Source: a bacterium (GTDB lineage Bacteria; SAR324; NAC60-12). From it: a stretch of DNA of 34,306 bases. The DNA lies in the NCBI GenBank assembly GCA_965233585.1, contig CBDDTI010000073.1, forward strand, positions 1 through 34,306, read 5' to 3'. Each line of letters begins with the position of its first letter. The first letter of the stretch is position 1. Positions 1 through 15,631 of the stretch are shown in pieces. The notes under the pieces were generated by a model. That model did not search any database and was not told where the DNA came from. It saw only the letters and a list, made by a program, of their open reading frames with translations. Both the position numbers and the translations under genes were made by a program.

Positions 1-709
1 ACATAGAACTTAATGGATGTTGAAACATGTTCTTTTCAGTGAGTTTTTTTTTTTGAACATTCCATATTCTATCTACTCCAGGATGACTATATACATTTAT
101 CTAATGTTTCATTGTGTGACTGCAATTCTTTTTCGCTGGGGTGTGTTCAATCCTCGCAACAACGACACCCTACCAAAGTCTTCTCCCCGTCATTTCACTA
201 TGAAATACATATGGGTGTTCTTCAAAAATTGGGGTATATACCCCTTATTGCGCTCTTATCCTCATTTAATGAAGACCAATCATTTGGATACTACATGATT
301 CCAAATGCTGTTGTTTTTTTATTATATGAGGAAACCCAATTTGATGAGTCCAAAAGCATCTAAAACCTAAGACGCCATGGATGACCATGGGTGACCATCC
401 TATATTGTGTGGTCCTCAAGTTATGACGGGATCCCATCAGGTGTGTGTCACCACTGCGACGGAATACGTTGCGTTGCCGAGTCGACAGGCCCGAATCTGT
501 GTGGATCATAATGGATCTAAATGGCCATATTTTGGTCATATCCTGCATTTATATCTAATCTAAATGGCCATATATATAATTATATAATTGTATAATTATA
601 TATATATGTACAGTGTATATATATATATACAGTATATATATATAATCCATATATTGGGGTATGCCCTAGTTACTGAGTTTCTTTATGTTTCTTTTATAAC
701 TAGTTCCAG

Positions 710-4616
<3,907 letters not shown>

Positions 4617-5952
4617 TGAGGTTCGGACTAGGCCCTACCACCTGGTTTGATGGGGATTATGGAAAGCTATGGACATGGACTACTCGTATGGAAACCAATA
4701 TCAACCAACCAACAGGTCCAGTAATGTCCAGTATGTTTCTGATGCTGTCTATTGTTTCTACCACACTCCGCTTGGTGTAAGAACGAGAAGCAAGCCAAGA
4801 TCTGGTGTCTTAATTGTCCAAGTCTCACTGCAAGATATCTCATCCTCAAGTCAAGGGTGAGCTGTGGCAATGCAGAGTTGTTCCGGCCTCGTTTGTGCTG
4901 AATTTCATAGTGCGGCCTCATAATATTATGTTTGTTGCGGTGACATGTTTACCAAAGCAACCCGATAGCTTCGCATCCAGGACCCCAAAATGAACAGATC
5001 CACTACCACACCTGGGTTTTCCAGTCAAGGCAGTGAACCACCAAAGAATGGCAGGGAAGATTAACACGCCTACATTCAGAAGGCCTGCTATCACGTGGCG
5101 CTTGAGCTGTTGCATGAAGGGGAATGACGTTTGATACTTGGGATTTCCACGGTCAGCTCCAAAAATATTAGGCTTTGTTTGCGAATTATGTGGGAAAACC
5201 ATGGAAAAGCTCTAAATCCAGCGGCTTATCATCAGTTTCCCATAGTTTCCCTATGAAACAGTGCCATTTTGAGGGCTACCATGGCCCGCTTGAGGTGGAT
5301 CCGTCGAATGTCCAGTGCCGAGTCAAGTTGCGGAAGAAAAATGAAGCTGCCAGCGACCACGTTGGGGAAACATGGTATACATGTAGGATTTCAGTTTGCT
5401 TACCTCCATCCGTTGAAACACGACAAAGAAGAACAATTCGGGACCCTAAAACCAATTGCACCTGCGAACTTACCGGCAAACAAAACAGCGCCTATCCACT
5501 GACGCCAAGTTCCCGAAACCAATCAACCTGACTCCGTTACCTCAGATGAGCATCCGACAATATTATCGTCTGAACAATCAAGTAGAGGGCTGCCTTGAAC
5601 TTTGCCTGTCTGCACGAACCTTCACAATCGATAAGGGAAGACTACCCAACACCGATGCTGCTAGATTCCATCAAGTTCCTAGAACAATTTGCAGTAATTA
5701 ATAGTAATTGTATATACAGATACATAGTAGATTGATATAGATTGTCTATTCTATTTCTGCTGGAACGCAAGCTTATTGTTTGGGCAATTCAAGCACCATT
5801 CTCACCGATACCCCAAGCTATGCTAAGCGATACCCAATTTTGCCGTCTTTATCATCGGCCAAGACCTTGCCCCACATGTACTACTGGCACAACTACTTCT
5901 GCTTTAACTAATTTCTCATCCTCCTGCAACAACAACACCAACCAAAAAGAAT

Positions 5953-6265
5953 AGTAAGGAAGGAAGGAATTAAGCAAGCAAGGAAGTAAGCAAGGAAGTA
6001 AGGAAGGAAGTAAAGAACAAAGGAACTAAGTAACAGAGCAACTAAGTGACTACGTAGGTGAGTCAGTCAGTTCATCAGTTAGTCAGTTCATCAGTTAGTC
6101 AGTTTGTCAGTTTGTCAGCTAGTCAGTCAGTCACTCACTCAGTCAGTCAGTGTTTGTTTGTTCGTTCGTTTGTTGGTTTGTTTTTGTTTGTTTGGTTGGT
6201 TTGTTTGGTTTGTTTGGTTTGTTTGTGTGCTTGTGTGTTATTTACTTAGTTAGTTACTTACGTAG
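5953..6265. repeat. Compound tetranucleotide microsatellite (AAGG/AAGC/AAGT, then AGTC, then GTTT)
   Basis: Visible tandem units. Confidence 0.9.
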
Positions 6266-6520
6266 TTACGACCCTATGTTAAATTCAAATTCCAAGGGTT
6301 CTGCAGGGCAGCCAGTGGGAACACCATTAAAGACACACATCAAACATCTCGAGTTCAGATGCAAGAGGCCTGGCATAGATGGCGCAACCGACTATGAAAA
6401 AGGGCAAGCCCTTTTGAGGTGTCAAATTTCCCAAAAGTCGCCGCCATCTATACGAGCACGTTCGAATTGGACAGAGCCATACTTTTTCAAACCGGTGTAG
6501 TTGTTCAGTTTCTTAGTTAG

Positions 6521-7264
6521 TTCCCCACCTGCCAGGTGAGGGTTGTTAGATTTTATGTCAGTTGCTTGCTCCTCCTCCTCCTCTCCTCGTCTCCTCTCCT
6601 CGTCTCCTCTCCTCGTCTCCTCTCCTCCTGCTCCCTGCCGGACCTCAACCACGACCATCACCGCCCAGTGTTCCCTGCCGGACCTCAACCGCGAGTATCC
6701 ACGCCCAGTGTTCCCTGCCGGACCTCAACCACGACCATCCCCGCCCAGTGTTCCCTGCCGGACCTCAACCACGACCATCCACGCCCAGTGTTCCCTGCCG
6801 GACCTCAACCGCGAGTATCCACGCCAAGTGTTCCCTGCCGGACCTCATGTAGGAAGATAAAATGTCAGATAGAGTGCCAGAAGATTTGCCAGGTAGAATG
6901 CCAGAAAATATGCCAGAAGATATGCCAGATAGATATGCCAGAAGATATTCCAGAAGATATGCCAGATAGAATGCCAGATAGAATGCCAGATAGAATGCCA
7001 GAAGATATGTCAGAATATATGCCAGAAGATATGCCAGATAGAATGCCAGATAGAATGCCAGAAGATATGTCAGATAGAATGCCAGAAGATATGCCAGATA
7101 GAATGCCAGAAGATTTGCCAGATAGAATGCCAGAAGATATGCCAGAAGATATGCCAGATAGAATGCCAAATACAATGTCAGAAGATATGTCAGATAGAAT
7201 GCCAGAAGATGTGCCAGTAAGAACATGTATAAATGTCATGGTGGGGATCACACGAAGTAAAGTA
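6521..7264 (+). mobile_element. Non-autonomous Helitron2/Helentron-like element, copy 1
   Basis: Starts TTCCCCACCTGCCAGGTGAGGG (hairpin CACCTG-C-CAGGTG) and ends GTCATGGTGGGGATCACACGAAGTAAAGTA. TCCCCACC/GGTGGGGA form asymmetric inverted repeats. Interior: CCT-rich tract, about five 40-bp units (6633-6847) and a 12-bp ATGCCAGAAGAT/ATGCCAGATAGA array. The same ends occur at 11490-12359 and 17191-18073. The repeat family is certain; the superfamily is inferred. Confidence 0.75.
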
Positions 7265-8105
7265 TTTAGTTAGTTAGTTAGTTAATTTGTTTGTTTGTTT
7301 GTTTGCTTGTTTGTTTGTTTGTTTGTCTGTGTGTGTTTGTTTGTTTGTTTGCCTGCTTGCTTGTTTGTTTGTTTGATTGTTTGTTTGTTTGTGTGTGTGT
7401 TTGTATGTTTGTTGGTTGGTTTGTTGGTTGGTTTGTTTGCGTTTTTTGTGCTTGCTTGTTTTTTGCTTGCTTGTTTTTTGCTTGCTTGTGTCTTTGTTAG
7501 TTCCTAGTAACCTAGTTTGTTTAATAGTTAGTTCAATAGTTTGTTTGTAAGTTTGTTACTTAATTAGAAAGTAAGCAATTAAGAAAGTAAGCAAGCAAGC
7601 AAGTACGAAAGTAAGTAAGAGTAAGTAAGAGTAAGTAAGCGTTTAACTAAGTAAGCAAGCAAGCAAGTAAGTAAGTAAGTAAGAAAGTAAGTAAGTAGGA
7701 GAGTAAGAGTAAGTAAGAGTAAGTAAGAATAAGTAAGAGTAAGTAAGAGTAAGTAAGAGTAAGTAAGAGTAAGTAAGAGTAAGTAAGAGTAAGTAAGAGT
7801 AAGTAAGAGTAAGTACGAGTAAGTAAGAGTAAGTAAGAGTAAGTAAGAGTCAGTAAGAGTGAGTAAGAGTGAGTAAGAGTGAGTAAGAGTGAGTAAGAGT
7901 GAGTAAGAGTGAGTAAGAGTGAGTGAATGAGTGAGTGAGTGAGCAAGCAAGCAAGTAAGTAAGTAGGAGCAGCAGGAACAGGAGCAGGAGCAGGAGTAGG
8001 AGTAGGAGCAGCAGTAGCAGTGGCAGCAGCAGTAGAAAGCAGAAGGAGAAGTAGAAGTAGAAGTGGAGGTAGAGGTAGAAGTCGAGGTAATAGCATTAGA
8101 AGTAG
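7265..8105. repeat. Compound microsatellite: (GTTT/GCTT)n, (AAGT/AAGC)n, 10-bp (AAGTAAGAGT)n grading to (GAGTAAGAGT)n, then (GCAGGA/GTAGAA)n
   Basis: Visible tandem units; they explain the ORFs at 7291-8199. Confidence 0.95.
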
Positions 8106-8937
8106 TGAAGCGAAAATATCCACAACCGATTGGGGACGACCTAGTTTTGCTTGTGGCATTTACGAGGAACATCGAGGAACATAAAATATCGTCGGCCATT
8201 CATACAATGTTAGTTTGTACGGTGCGTCGTGTCGCACGCTATAGTCAAATGCGTTGGAATACAATTTTTGTTTGCCTTCCCATGCCGTGAAACACAAACT
8301 CAGAGATTCCCGTAGGCTCCGATCCCATTTGAGATGCCATGAGCCACGAAAGGCACAGCCAGAACCACTGGCTCCGGAAGCTGCACCCAAATCTTCGAAA
8401 CGACGCTGAGAGTTGCCTGAATAAAATGTTTCGATCCGCCCACAAATTACTTTAAAATAGGCTATACAGAAAAAAATCACAAGAATCCAACAGTCTATCG
8501 TGTATCACCCCTTTTACACGCGCTAATGCGAAGTCGTGACGAACTCAAGCGATGTACAGTGCGGACGCAACGCGGCACTCGCGCTGAGGCCTGAGGGCCC
8601 TTGAATTTCACTGGCACGACAGGCGAATGATACGACAAACCACAACAGCGTCAACGATATTTCTGGCCGGCGTCATAGCTGATTTATATAGATTTATTTA
8701 TATGTTATAAATGTGTTTGTTGGGTTGGCAGCAGGCCGTGGAAGCGTGCTGAATTTTTGTTATTGCTGTTGCTAATGTTGTTATCCTTGTCCTTGTTTGC
8801 TTGTTTGTCACTGTTTTGTTGTAGTTGCGCTGTTGTTTTGTCGTTGTAGCTGTATTTGCTTTACTTGCGGATGCTTTGTTGATGTTTGGTTGTGTGTGTG
8901 TGTGTTTCTCTTGCAGGTGTGTTTGATTGATTTGTTC

Positions 8938-9402
8938 TTCCCCACCTGCCATGTGAGGGCATCTAGATTTTGACAACACATCCCGCACCCTTCCTTCCCT
9001 ATCCTTCCCCTTCTTTTCCCTTCCCATTGTCCTTCCCTTTTCCTTTTTGCTCTTAATTTTACTTGTCCCTTTCCCTTTCCATTCCTCTTTCCTTTTCCTT
9101 TCCCTCTTTCTTTTTGCCTTTACTTTCCTTTTTTACTTTTTTTTGCTTTTCCTTTTTCCTTTTTCCTTTTTGCTAGTCCTTTTCCTTTTCCTTTTCCTCT
9201 CCGCTTCCCCTTCCCCTTCCCTTCCCTCTCCCTCTCTCCTCCCTCTCTCCTCCCTCTCTCCTCCCTCTCTCCCTCTCTCCTCCCTCTCTCCTCCCTCTCT
9301 CCTCCCTCTCTCCTCCCTCTCTCTCCGTCTCCCCCTCTCTCCCTCTCCCTCTCCCTCTCCCCCTCCTCAAAAAAAATGATAAAAGGGGACTCCTGGGGAG
9401 TA
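8938..9402 (+). mobile_element. Diverged relative of the Helitron2-like family with a polypyrimidine interior
   Basis: The 5' end TTCCCCACCTGCCATGTGAGGGCATCTAGATTTT matches the family 5' end. The interior is (TTTTCC)n/(CCCTCTCT)n. The candidate 3' end is GGGG followed by the hairpin ACTCC-TGG-GGAGT (9389-9401). Confidence 0.5.
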
Positions 9403-9608
9403 TATCTTGGTATGTTGGTAGTTTTGTTTTTATGTTGCTGTTTAGCATCCTATCACTGTTTTTGATGTTTTTCCTGTGGGGGATTCTGGTGTTAATTTAT
9501 CAAAAAAAAGTCACGCTGACCCTCTTTTGTTTTTGTTTTTCTGTTTGTCTTCTGGGTTGTTGATTAGTTCATAATATTTTTTGTTAAGATATTATGAATT
9601 AATCAGGT

Positions 9609-10134
9609 TTATTTTGAAGTTTCTCTTTGCTCTCTTAAATATTCCTCATATTGTTCTTCATACATTTTATCGTGTTCTTCTCTCGTTTTTGGCGACCATA
9701 TATCATAAGGGTCGTGCATATGTTCATGTCCGTCGCTTTCATTCTCCTCATTCTTTATCTCCTGCATCATTTTTCTAATTTTATCCATACCATGTTCTTT
9801 GTCGTATCCTTCCATTACATTTCTAACTTTTTGAAAGCTATGTGTCTTTCAATCTCTTCGTCAGTCATCTTTCTAAACTGTTCTTTATATTGTTCATCAT
9901 ATGTGTTTTTTCTTCTTCTTCATTTCTACTATACATAAATGTTTTCATCCGTTTCTTTTCCATTTCTATATGTTTGTTTTCCATGTGTTGAAATTTAATC
10001 TGTTTATTTCCACATTTCCCACCCACATTTACGACGGTTTTAAGTATGTATCCCCAGTAGAGTTTGTCATATTTGCTTTTGTTCAAGTTAATCACATCAA
10101 CCATAATACGACATCCACACTCAAATTCCGTCAT
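9609..10134 (-). pseudogene. Frameshifted small acidic/charged protein gene, probably part of the viral element; function unknown
   Basis: Two consecutive minus-strand ORFs (10134-9865, 9815-9609) with protein-like E/K/M-rich composition and AT-rich codons, transcribed divergently from the integrase across a gap of about 100 bp. Confidence 0.5.
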
Positions 10135-10237
10135 CTGATTTACTCTTGATATACTAAGGCACTAAGGCGTCTTTTTTTCAAGTATATTTTTTACACTGTT
10201 GATAAATTAAAAAATAAAAATAATAAAATTAACTATA

Positions 10238-11017
10238 ATGGCAAGAAGGTTAACAAAAGAACAAATTATCAGCAACACTTACTACGATGTTGAAAGTGGC
10301 TTCGGAAGTATTCAAGAAACCTTTAAGAAAGAAAGAACATAAAACCAACAAAATCCAGAAATAAGTCTAGATGATGTTCAACACATTATGACAAAACAAC
10401 CAAACAAACAAATGAATGCCTATAGAGGTTCTAATTCTTTCACAGCCCCGTTCGCCCGTTATGAGTATCAAATAGATATAATTGATATAATGGTTATGGC
10501 GCCACTTTCCAAAGAATCAGAGGTAAAAATAACACCAACCAAAAAAGAACCAAAATATGCATTAGTAGTCATTGATATTTTCAGCAAATACGCTGATGTT
10601 TTACCAATGAAAGAAAACAATTCGGAGAGCGTATTAGAAGCATTGAACCAAGCATTTAAAAAGATTGGTTTTCCAATGTCCATTTATTCAGACAATGACG
10701 TGCGTTCCAATCAGTCGTTAGGAAGTTGTTTGATGACGAAGGCATACAACACATCGTCACGCAGACCCACGCAAATGTAGCGGAAAGGTTTATAAAAACA
10801 ATGAAAAATATAATGCACGAGAGGCTCAGGTTTAATAAAGCAGGTTGGACATCAATGCTGACACCAGCACTGAACAAATACAATTCCACCAAGCACTCAT
10901 CAACGAAGATGTCAACAAAACAAGCACACAAGGACGAGAACAATAGCACTGTGAGGGTAAGTTTAACATTAAGAGAAAACAACCGAAGAAAGTATCCAAC
11001 CATACGAGAAGGTGATA
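10238..11017 (+). pseudogene. rve-family (Polinton/Maverick-type) DDE integrase, frameshifted and 3'-truncated
   Basis: MARRLTKEQIISNTYYDVESGFGS...YEYQIDIID...YALVVIDIFSKYADVLPMK...PMSIYSDND [frameshift near 10700] AFQS...THANVAERFIKTMK...LNKYNSTKHSSTKM: the D, D, E core and the YN..xHSS motif of c-integrases. Stop/frameshift near 10340. Confidence 0.9.
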
Positions 11018-11161
11018 ATCGCTTCTAAGAAGTATCGCGAGTTTGAAGTTCAGAGTTTATCAGAAGCCTTTTACTTTTTGCGTGGCACACTTCATTTCAT
11101 GATTGCACACCAGAACTCAGTGAATATGTCATACCGCCAATTTAGAAAAAACAAATATGTA
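11018..11161 (+). pseudogene. Probable Polinton-like virus major capsid protein fragment, part 1
   Basis: IASKKYREFEVQSLSEAFYFLRGTLHFMIAHQNSVNMSYRQFRKNKYV continues in frame at 12923 after removing the TIR element. It resembles the second jelly-roll pattern (K.YP...S..E.FY.L...Y...KF.IG..FE) as recalled for PLV capsids. Confidence 0.55.
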
Positions 11162-12920
11162 CAGGCAGATGTTGAAGGCGGTACCGGTGGTATAAAATAG
11201 AGCTGTTCCCTTGTAGAAAACATTCAGGTGAAGGCGGTACCTTTAGCACTTAGTATGCGTTTCACAGACATTGGATTAAGCATGCCAGACCTTGGATCAT
11301 CTACTAACGCTAGCGTTAAGTCGTATCAGCTCGTAAAAGTCGTATCGGGAGGCCGTGCGCCTGGAAAAAGTTCAAATTTGGCATCACCACAACTTTTAGT
11401 AATTGAACGATTTCATTGTTTTGGGGCCGTGCGCCAGGAAACAATTAAATTTTTGTATGGCGTTGATTTTTAAAACTTATATTTGATCATTCCCCACCTG
11501 CCAGGTGAGGGTTGTTAGATTTTATGTCAGTTGCCTGCTCCTCCTCTCCTCTCATCTCCTCTCCTCCTCTCCTCCTCCTGCTCAACCGCGACCCTCGACC
11601 ACAGTGGTCTCTGTCGGACCTCAACCACGACCATCCTTCTCAGTGTTCCCTGCCGGACCTCAACCACGACCATCACCGCCAGTGTTCCCTGCCGGACCTC
11701 AACCACGACCATCACCGCCAGTGTTCCCTGCCGGACCTCAACCGCGGGTATCCCCGCCCAGTGTTCCCTGCCGGACCTCAACCACGACCATCCACGCCCA
11801 GTGTTCCCTGCCGGACCTCAACCGCGAGTATTCATGCCAAGTGTTCCCTGCCGGACCTCAACCGCGAATATCCACGCCAAAAGATATGCCACATAGAGTG
11901 CCAGAAGATATGCCAGATAGAATGTTAGAAGATATGCCAGATAGAAGGCCAGAAGGTATGCCAGATAGAATGTCAGCTAGAATGCCAGAAGATATGCCAG
12001 ATAAAGTGCCAGAATGTTTGCCAGATAGAATGCCAGCAGATTTGCCAGATAATATGCCAGAAGATATGCTAGATAGAATGCCAGATGGAATGCCAGAAGA
12101 TTTGCCAGATAATATGCCAGAAGATATGCCAGATGGAATGCCAGAAGATATGCCAGAACATATGCCAGAAGATATGCCAGAAGATATGCCAGAACATCTG
12201 CCAGAAGATATGCCAGAACATCTGCCAGAAGATATGCCAGGTAGAATGCCAGATAGAATGCCAGATCGAATGCCAGAAAATATGTCAGATAGAATGCCAG
12301 AAGATTTGCCAGTAACAAAATGTATAAATGTCATGGTGGGGATCACACGAAGTAAACTATTTTTTTCAATGGGGCAAACGCTGGTTGCTGCTTGCTTGCT
12401 GCTTGCCTGCTGCTGGCTGCTGCTTGCTGCTGCTTGCTGCTGCTTGCTGCTGCTTGCCTGCTGCTTGCTGCTGCTGTTTCTTGCCTGCTTCTTGTGTGCT
12501 GGTCCAGCACAATTTTTGATATGGAACCTTTCTGTCCAAACCTGACTTTTGAATCCGGAGTTCCAGTGCGAATTAAAACACACTGTTCATGAGATTCTGG
12601 CAGGAGTAGTCTTGAGAAGCGGAGTTCACATGGGGATTTGCTCAAGTGGTTTGGGCAGGTCTGAAGCATCAGTAAAAGCCAGCGTTCCATGGGAACGGCG
12701 AGTCATCAACCAAATATGTTTAATAGTTTGGGTACCGGCGTTCCATTGGAAAGATGTTTCCGGAAATGGGTGTTTTCAAGTCTACAAACCGTAAGCGTTA
12801 AAGCGTTTTCATTGGGTTTCATAGTCCATGCCCTGCCTTTCCTGACTTAGCCGTGACCACGGCGTTCCATGCAGGAACGCATATTCTAGCACCACCGGTC
12901 CTGCCTTCAACGTTCTCCTG
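11162..12920. mobile_element. Non-autonomous TIR DNA transposon (Tc1/mariner-like ends) with a nested Helitron2-like element
   Basis: Left end CAGGCAGATGTTGAAGGCGGTACCGGTGGT versus reverse complement of the right end CAGGAGAACGTTGAAGGCAGGACCGGTGGT (24/30). TA is duplicated at 11160-11161 and 12921-12922, and excision restores a reading frame. Subterminal repeats GAAGGCGGTACC, GGCCGTGCGCC and GCGTTCCA are present. Confidence 0.85.
11490..12359 (+). mobile_element. Non-autonomous Helitron2/Helentron-like element, copy 2
   Basis: Same 5' end (TTCCCCACCTGCCAGGTGAGGGTTGTTAGATTTTATGTCAG) and 3' end (GTCATGGTGGGGATCACACGAAGTAAACTA) as copy 1; 39-40-bp and 12-bp arrays; followed by a T run. Confidence 0.75.
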
Positions 12921-12922
12921 TA

Positions 12923-13093
12923 ATTGTTTTTCGCTTTGAAAACATGCAAGAAATTAATTTTATCGGCACTTTTGAAGCAAAAGGAACTGAAGGAAACTTA
13001 GCTTAAATTGAACAAATCCAAGAAACGTTTGTTAATTTAGTCCTTGAGAATGTCCTTGAATTAACTGAAAGCGGGGCGACATTTTATGATTCA
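12923..13093 (+). pseudogene. Probable major capsid protein C-terminus, part 2
   Basis: IVFRFENMQEINFIGTFEAKGTEGNLA*IEQIQETFVNLVLENVLELTESGATFYD, in frame with 11018-11161, with one internal TAA at 13004. The terminal beta-strand pattern (FV.L..E.VLEL...G...YD) is typical of double jelly-roll capsid C-termini. Not in the ORF track. Confidence 0.55.
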
Positions 13094-13443
13094 AATATGT
13101 GTTTAATTACTATTTGATCAATTTTCCAAGCCTTTAAAAAACCAAACAAAGCAAAACTACAGAAAACAGATGAGCAAACTTGAGGGGAAACCATCTAGGA
13201 CGGGCACGCACAAGCATCAGGAGGCAAGGTATATGAAATTGTTAAAAGAAAAACAGGATGAGAGAGAAACCAGAGACAAACTACTCGCAATAAGAAATGC
13301 CAGTGAATTATAGTAATGAAATCCGAAGGGACAACCTCACACATAATAGTCTAGAGCACCTACCGCATCAAATAAATAAATGTAAAATTGGTTCTACATA
13401 ATTTTTTACTATAGCAACAACAGTGATAATTAATGTGAACAAG

Positions 13444-14594
13444 ATGTCAAAAGATGGTTTAAAAAGAAAAACCTACCTATGTTGAAATTATATGAAATTA
13501 TCGGAAGGCTTGATGACAATGAGAGGGAAAAATACCAAATAGGGATGATTTTTTTCAAACGTAACCCTGAAGGATCATTTTTTGATGGGTCAGATGCCAT
13601 GGAACAATTTAGGGAAGAACGGGGAAAATTATTATTAAGACAAATGCTAGATGTTTTTGTAAGGCAAAATGCAAGAACAGCAGGGTTTCACACTGAAAGC
13701 ATGCAACAAATACCCACAACATCATCAACAATAGCACAGCCAACTCAACCCATGGATGTAGATGCAGAATTTACACAGCAGGCTACACCGGCAATACCAA
13801 GTTCATCAACAACTCAAGCATCTCAACTCAATGCTGAACTGACACAAAGAGCAAATACAGCAACCAAAGGAGAGAAGAAACAGAAATGAACCACATAGGA
13901 GAAGTGTTCAAACAAACCAAACCCACAATAACTGAGAAAATACATCACATAAACCCACCAGGAAGTTTTTTCCCATAAAACATGAAAGTTACAACATAGC
14001 AACTGATGATGAACCAATGCCACCAGTTCCAAAAGCAAAACTTAAAGCAGAGGCATCACCATTTTCAAGTTCTCACGCATTTCCCGTTATAAAAGTCATG
14101 GATGCAAGTTGCAAGTAGCAGTTCTAAAAGAGCCTCACTTGAAACAACAGTAGAACCAAGAGGTAAAGCAGGGAAACCTAAGATGTTCAAAGAAGGAACC
14201 GACAGAATGAATGCAGACAAGAGGAACGGAGGTAGTCTTGAAGACGAACTTAAAGTGAGAAAGAAACGTAACAAAAGGAAAATTGAGTTCGAAATAGGAG
14301 GAGGGGAAACTGACGATGAAATTGATGAACCAAAAGCCATTAGGAAAAAACAATGCAAAAACCAGTAGGTCCAAACACCATAGGAGTGCAAAGGTTAAAG
14401 AGGAACTTGTTAATGCCAACAACAACAACAAAATGATTTCAAAACAGCAGTGTGACATGTTTGACCGTGTTTGTTACGTATGGCTCAAATCGAAAGGCGG
14501 GGAAAAGATGAAAAAACAAATGTTGAAGCAAACGCGGGTTACTTACAAAGCGAATTTGTTTCAGAAATTGAAGGATGAATATAAGAAACAATGA
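13444..14594 (+). pseudogene. Multiply frameshifted low-complexity (Q/T/S then K/E-rich) protein gene of the viral element; function unknown
   Basis: Chain of same-strand ORFs (13479-13889, 14102-14368, 14316-14594) starting near ATG 13444 (MSKDGLKRK...); the stop overlaps a perfect hairpin. Confidence 0.55.
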
Positions 14595-14610
14595 GTTGTT
14601 TCGAACAACT
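14594..14610 (+). terminator. Perfect hairpin at the gene end (candidate 3'-end signal)
   Basis: AGTTGTT-TCG-AACAACT overlapping the TGA at 14592-14594. Confidence 0.3.
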
Positions 14611-14627
14611 GAGTGATTTTTAAAAAT

Positions 14628-14995
14628 TATGATTTGCGGAGTGCGTTGGTGTCTTTATTTGCTATTTTTGTAAAATCCAGAAATTATTTCTTGCAAAGGT
14701 AGAAACCATTTGCTAAATTCAAGAAACTATTTGCGAAATACTAGAATTTTTTGGCAAAATACCAGAAACTATTTGCAAAATACAAAAAACTATTTGCCAA
14801 ATTCTGGAAAACATTTGCTAAAAACTAGAAACGATCTGCCAAATTCTGGAAACCATGTGATAAATACTATAAACCATTTGTTAAATACTAGAAACCATTT
14901 GCTAAAGAAGTGGTATATGTAGAAACCCTTTTTCAAACAAAGTAGAAAATGCTGAAACCATTTGCTGAATCATGTTGATTTTCGAGAAACCATTA
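14628..14995 (+). repeat. Conserved head plus 21-bp tandem array (AGAAACYATTTGCNAAATACT-like); candidate inner part of an element terminal repeat
   Basis: The head ATGATTTGCGGAGTGCGTTGGTGTCTTT is followed by about 12 degenerate GAAACTATTT/GAAACCATTT units. An inverted homolog lies at 16300-16525. Confidence 0.7.
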
Positions 14996-15631
14996 CTTGA
15001 ATCAAAGGGGTAACATTTGCAAGTAAAAATTGTTATTGAAAATGTTGTCAGGGCAAACCTGGTCAATCTTGGAACACGCATTCGCCAATGGTAGTTTGTG
15101 GTGAGAAAAAACTAATTAATGTCCTTACCGCACATGCCAGTTTAATAGTACTAGAGCCTCCTTCACCCATGGCTCGCCACACTGAAACTGTTGACGCTTG
15201 AAACTTGAAAACATCTAGAATCCAATGGGGGGTACTATCGCGCCATACCAATTGCAATGCTGTTTCAATCCAGGAAAGGGTGTATCAAACAGCAACATAA
15301 ACACATTCGTTGTCCCAATGCAGTTTTTGCAAAATGCACCATACAACGCCATGAATACTTCCACACGCGATACCCACAAGCTGTGGGATACAAAAAAAAT
15401 TGTTCCCCAAACAAAACCATGTGGCTGATAGCCTTTGCGGGTGAGTTGGGGGATGTTGTTGGCAGGCCTTTGCCACATGGCATTTTAGACACTTCAGAAG
15501 ACCCCAAAAGTCCGGACTGGTGTGTGCCTGAATCTTTCTCTATTTGTCAAGGTCTGTCGGGGGGAGCCTGGGGGGGCGTCCGGTTTCGTGGGGAGCCTAC
15601 CGGCTTAACCCTGCTAAGATGTAAATATGAA

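Noticed and set aside
4918..5202. Possible retroelement fragment (YLGF on the + strand)
   Set aside because: No reverse transcriptase catalytic motif or extended similarity is visible.
5273..5372. Possible TPR-like exon (GYHGPLEVDPSNVQCRVKLRK)
   Set aside because: The resemblance is too short and it cannot be linked in phase to the other candidate exons with any confidence.
6633..6847. CRISPR-like look of the 40-bp arrays (constant part plus variable part), also at 11615-11880 and 17350-17585
   Set aside because: The variable segments are only about 13 nt and recur as two variants rather than being unique spacers. There are no cas genes, and the arrays sit inside a dispersed repeat.
11505..12545. 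346-aa ORF and the similar 245-aa and 179-aa MPED-repeat ORFs as real genes
   Set aside because: They lie almost entirely within tandem arrays of a dispersed element and are open in several frames on both strands.
14710..14922. Heptad-repeat ORF (NTRNYLQ)n
   Set aside because: It is a translation of the 21-bp tandem array.
15063..15550. Several overlapping ORFs between the inverted repeat blocks
   Set aside because: No recognisable motif in any frame; could be host target DNA or decayed coding sequence.
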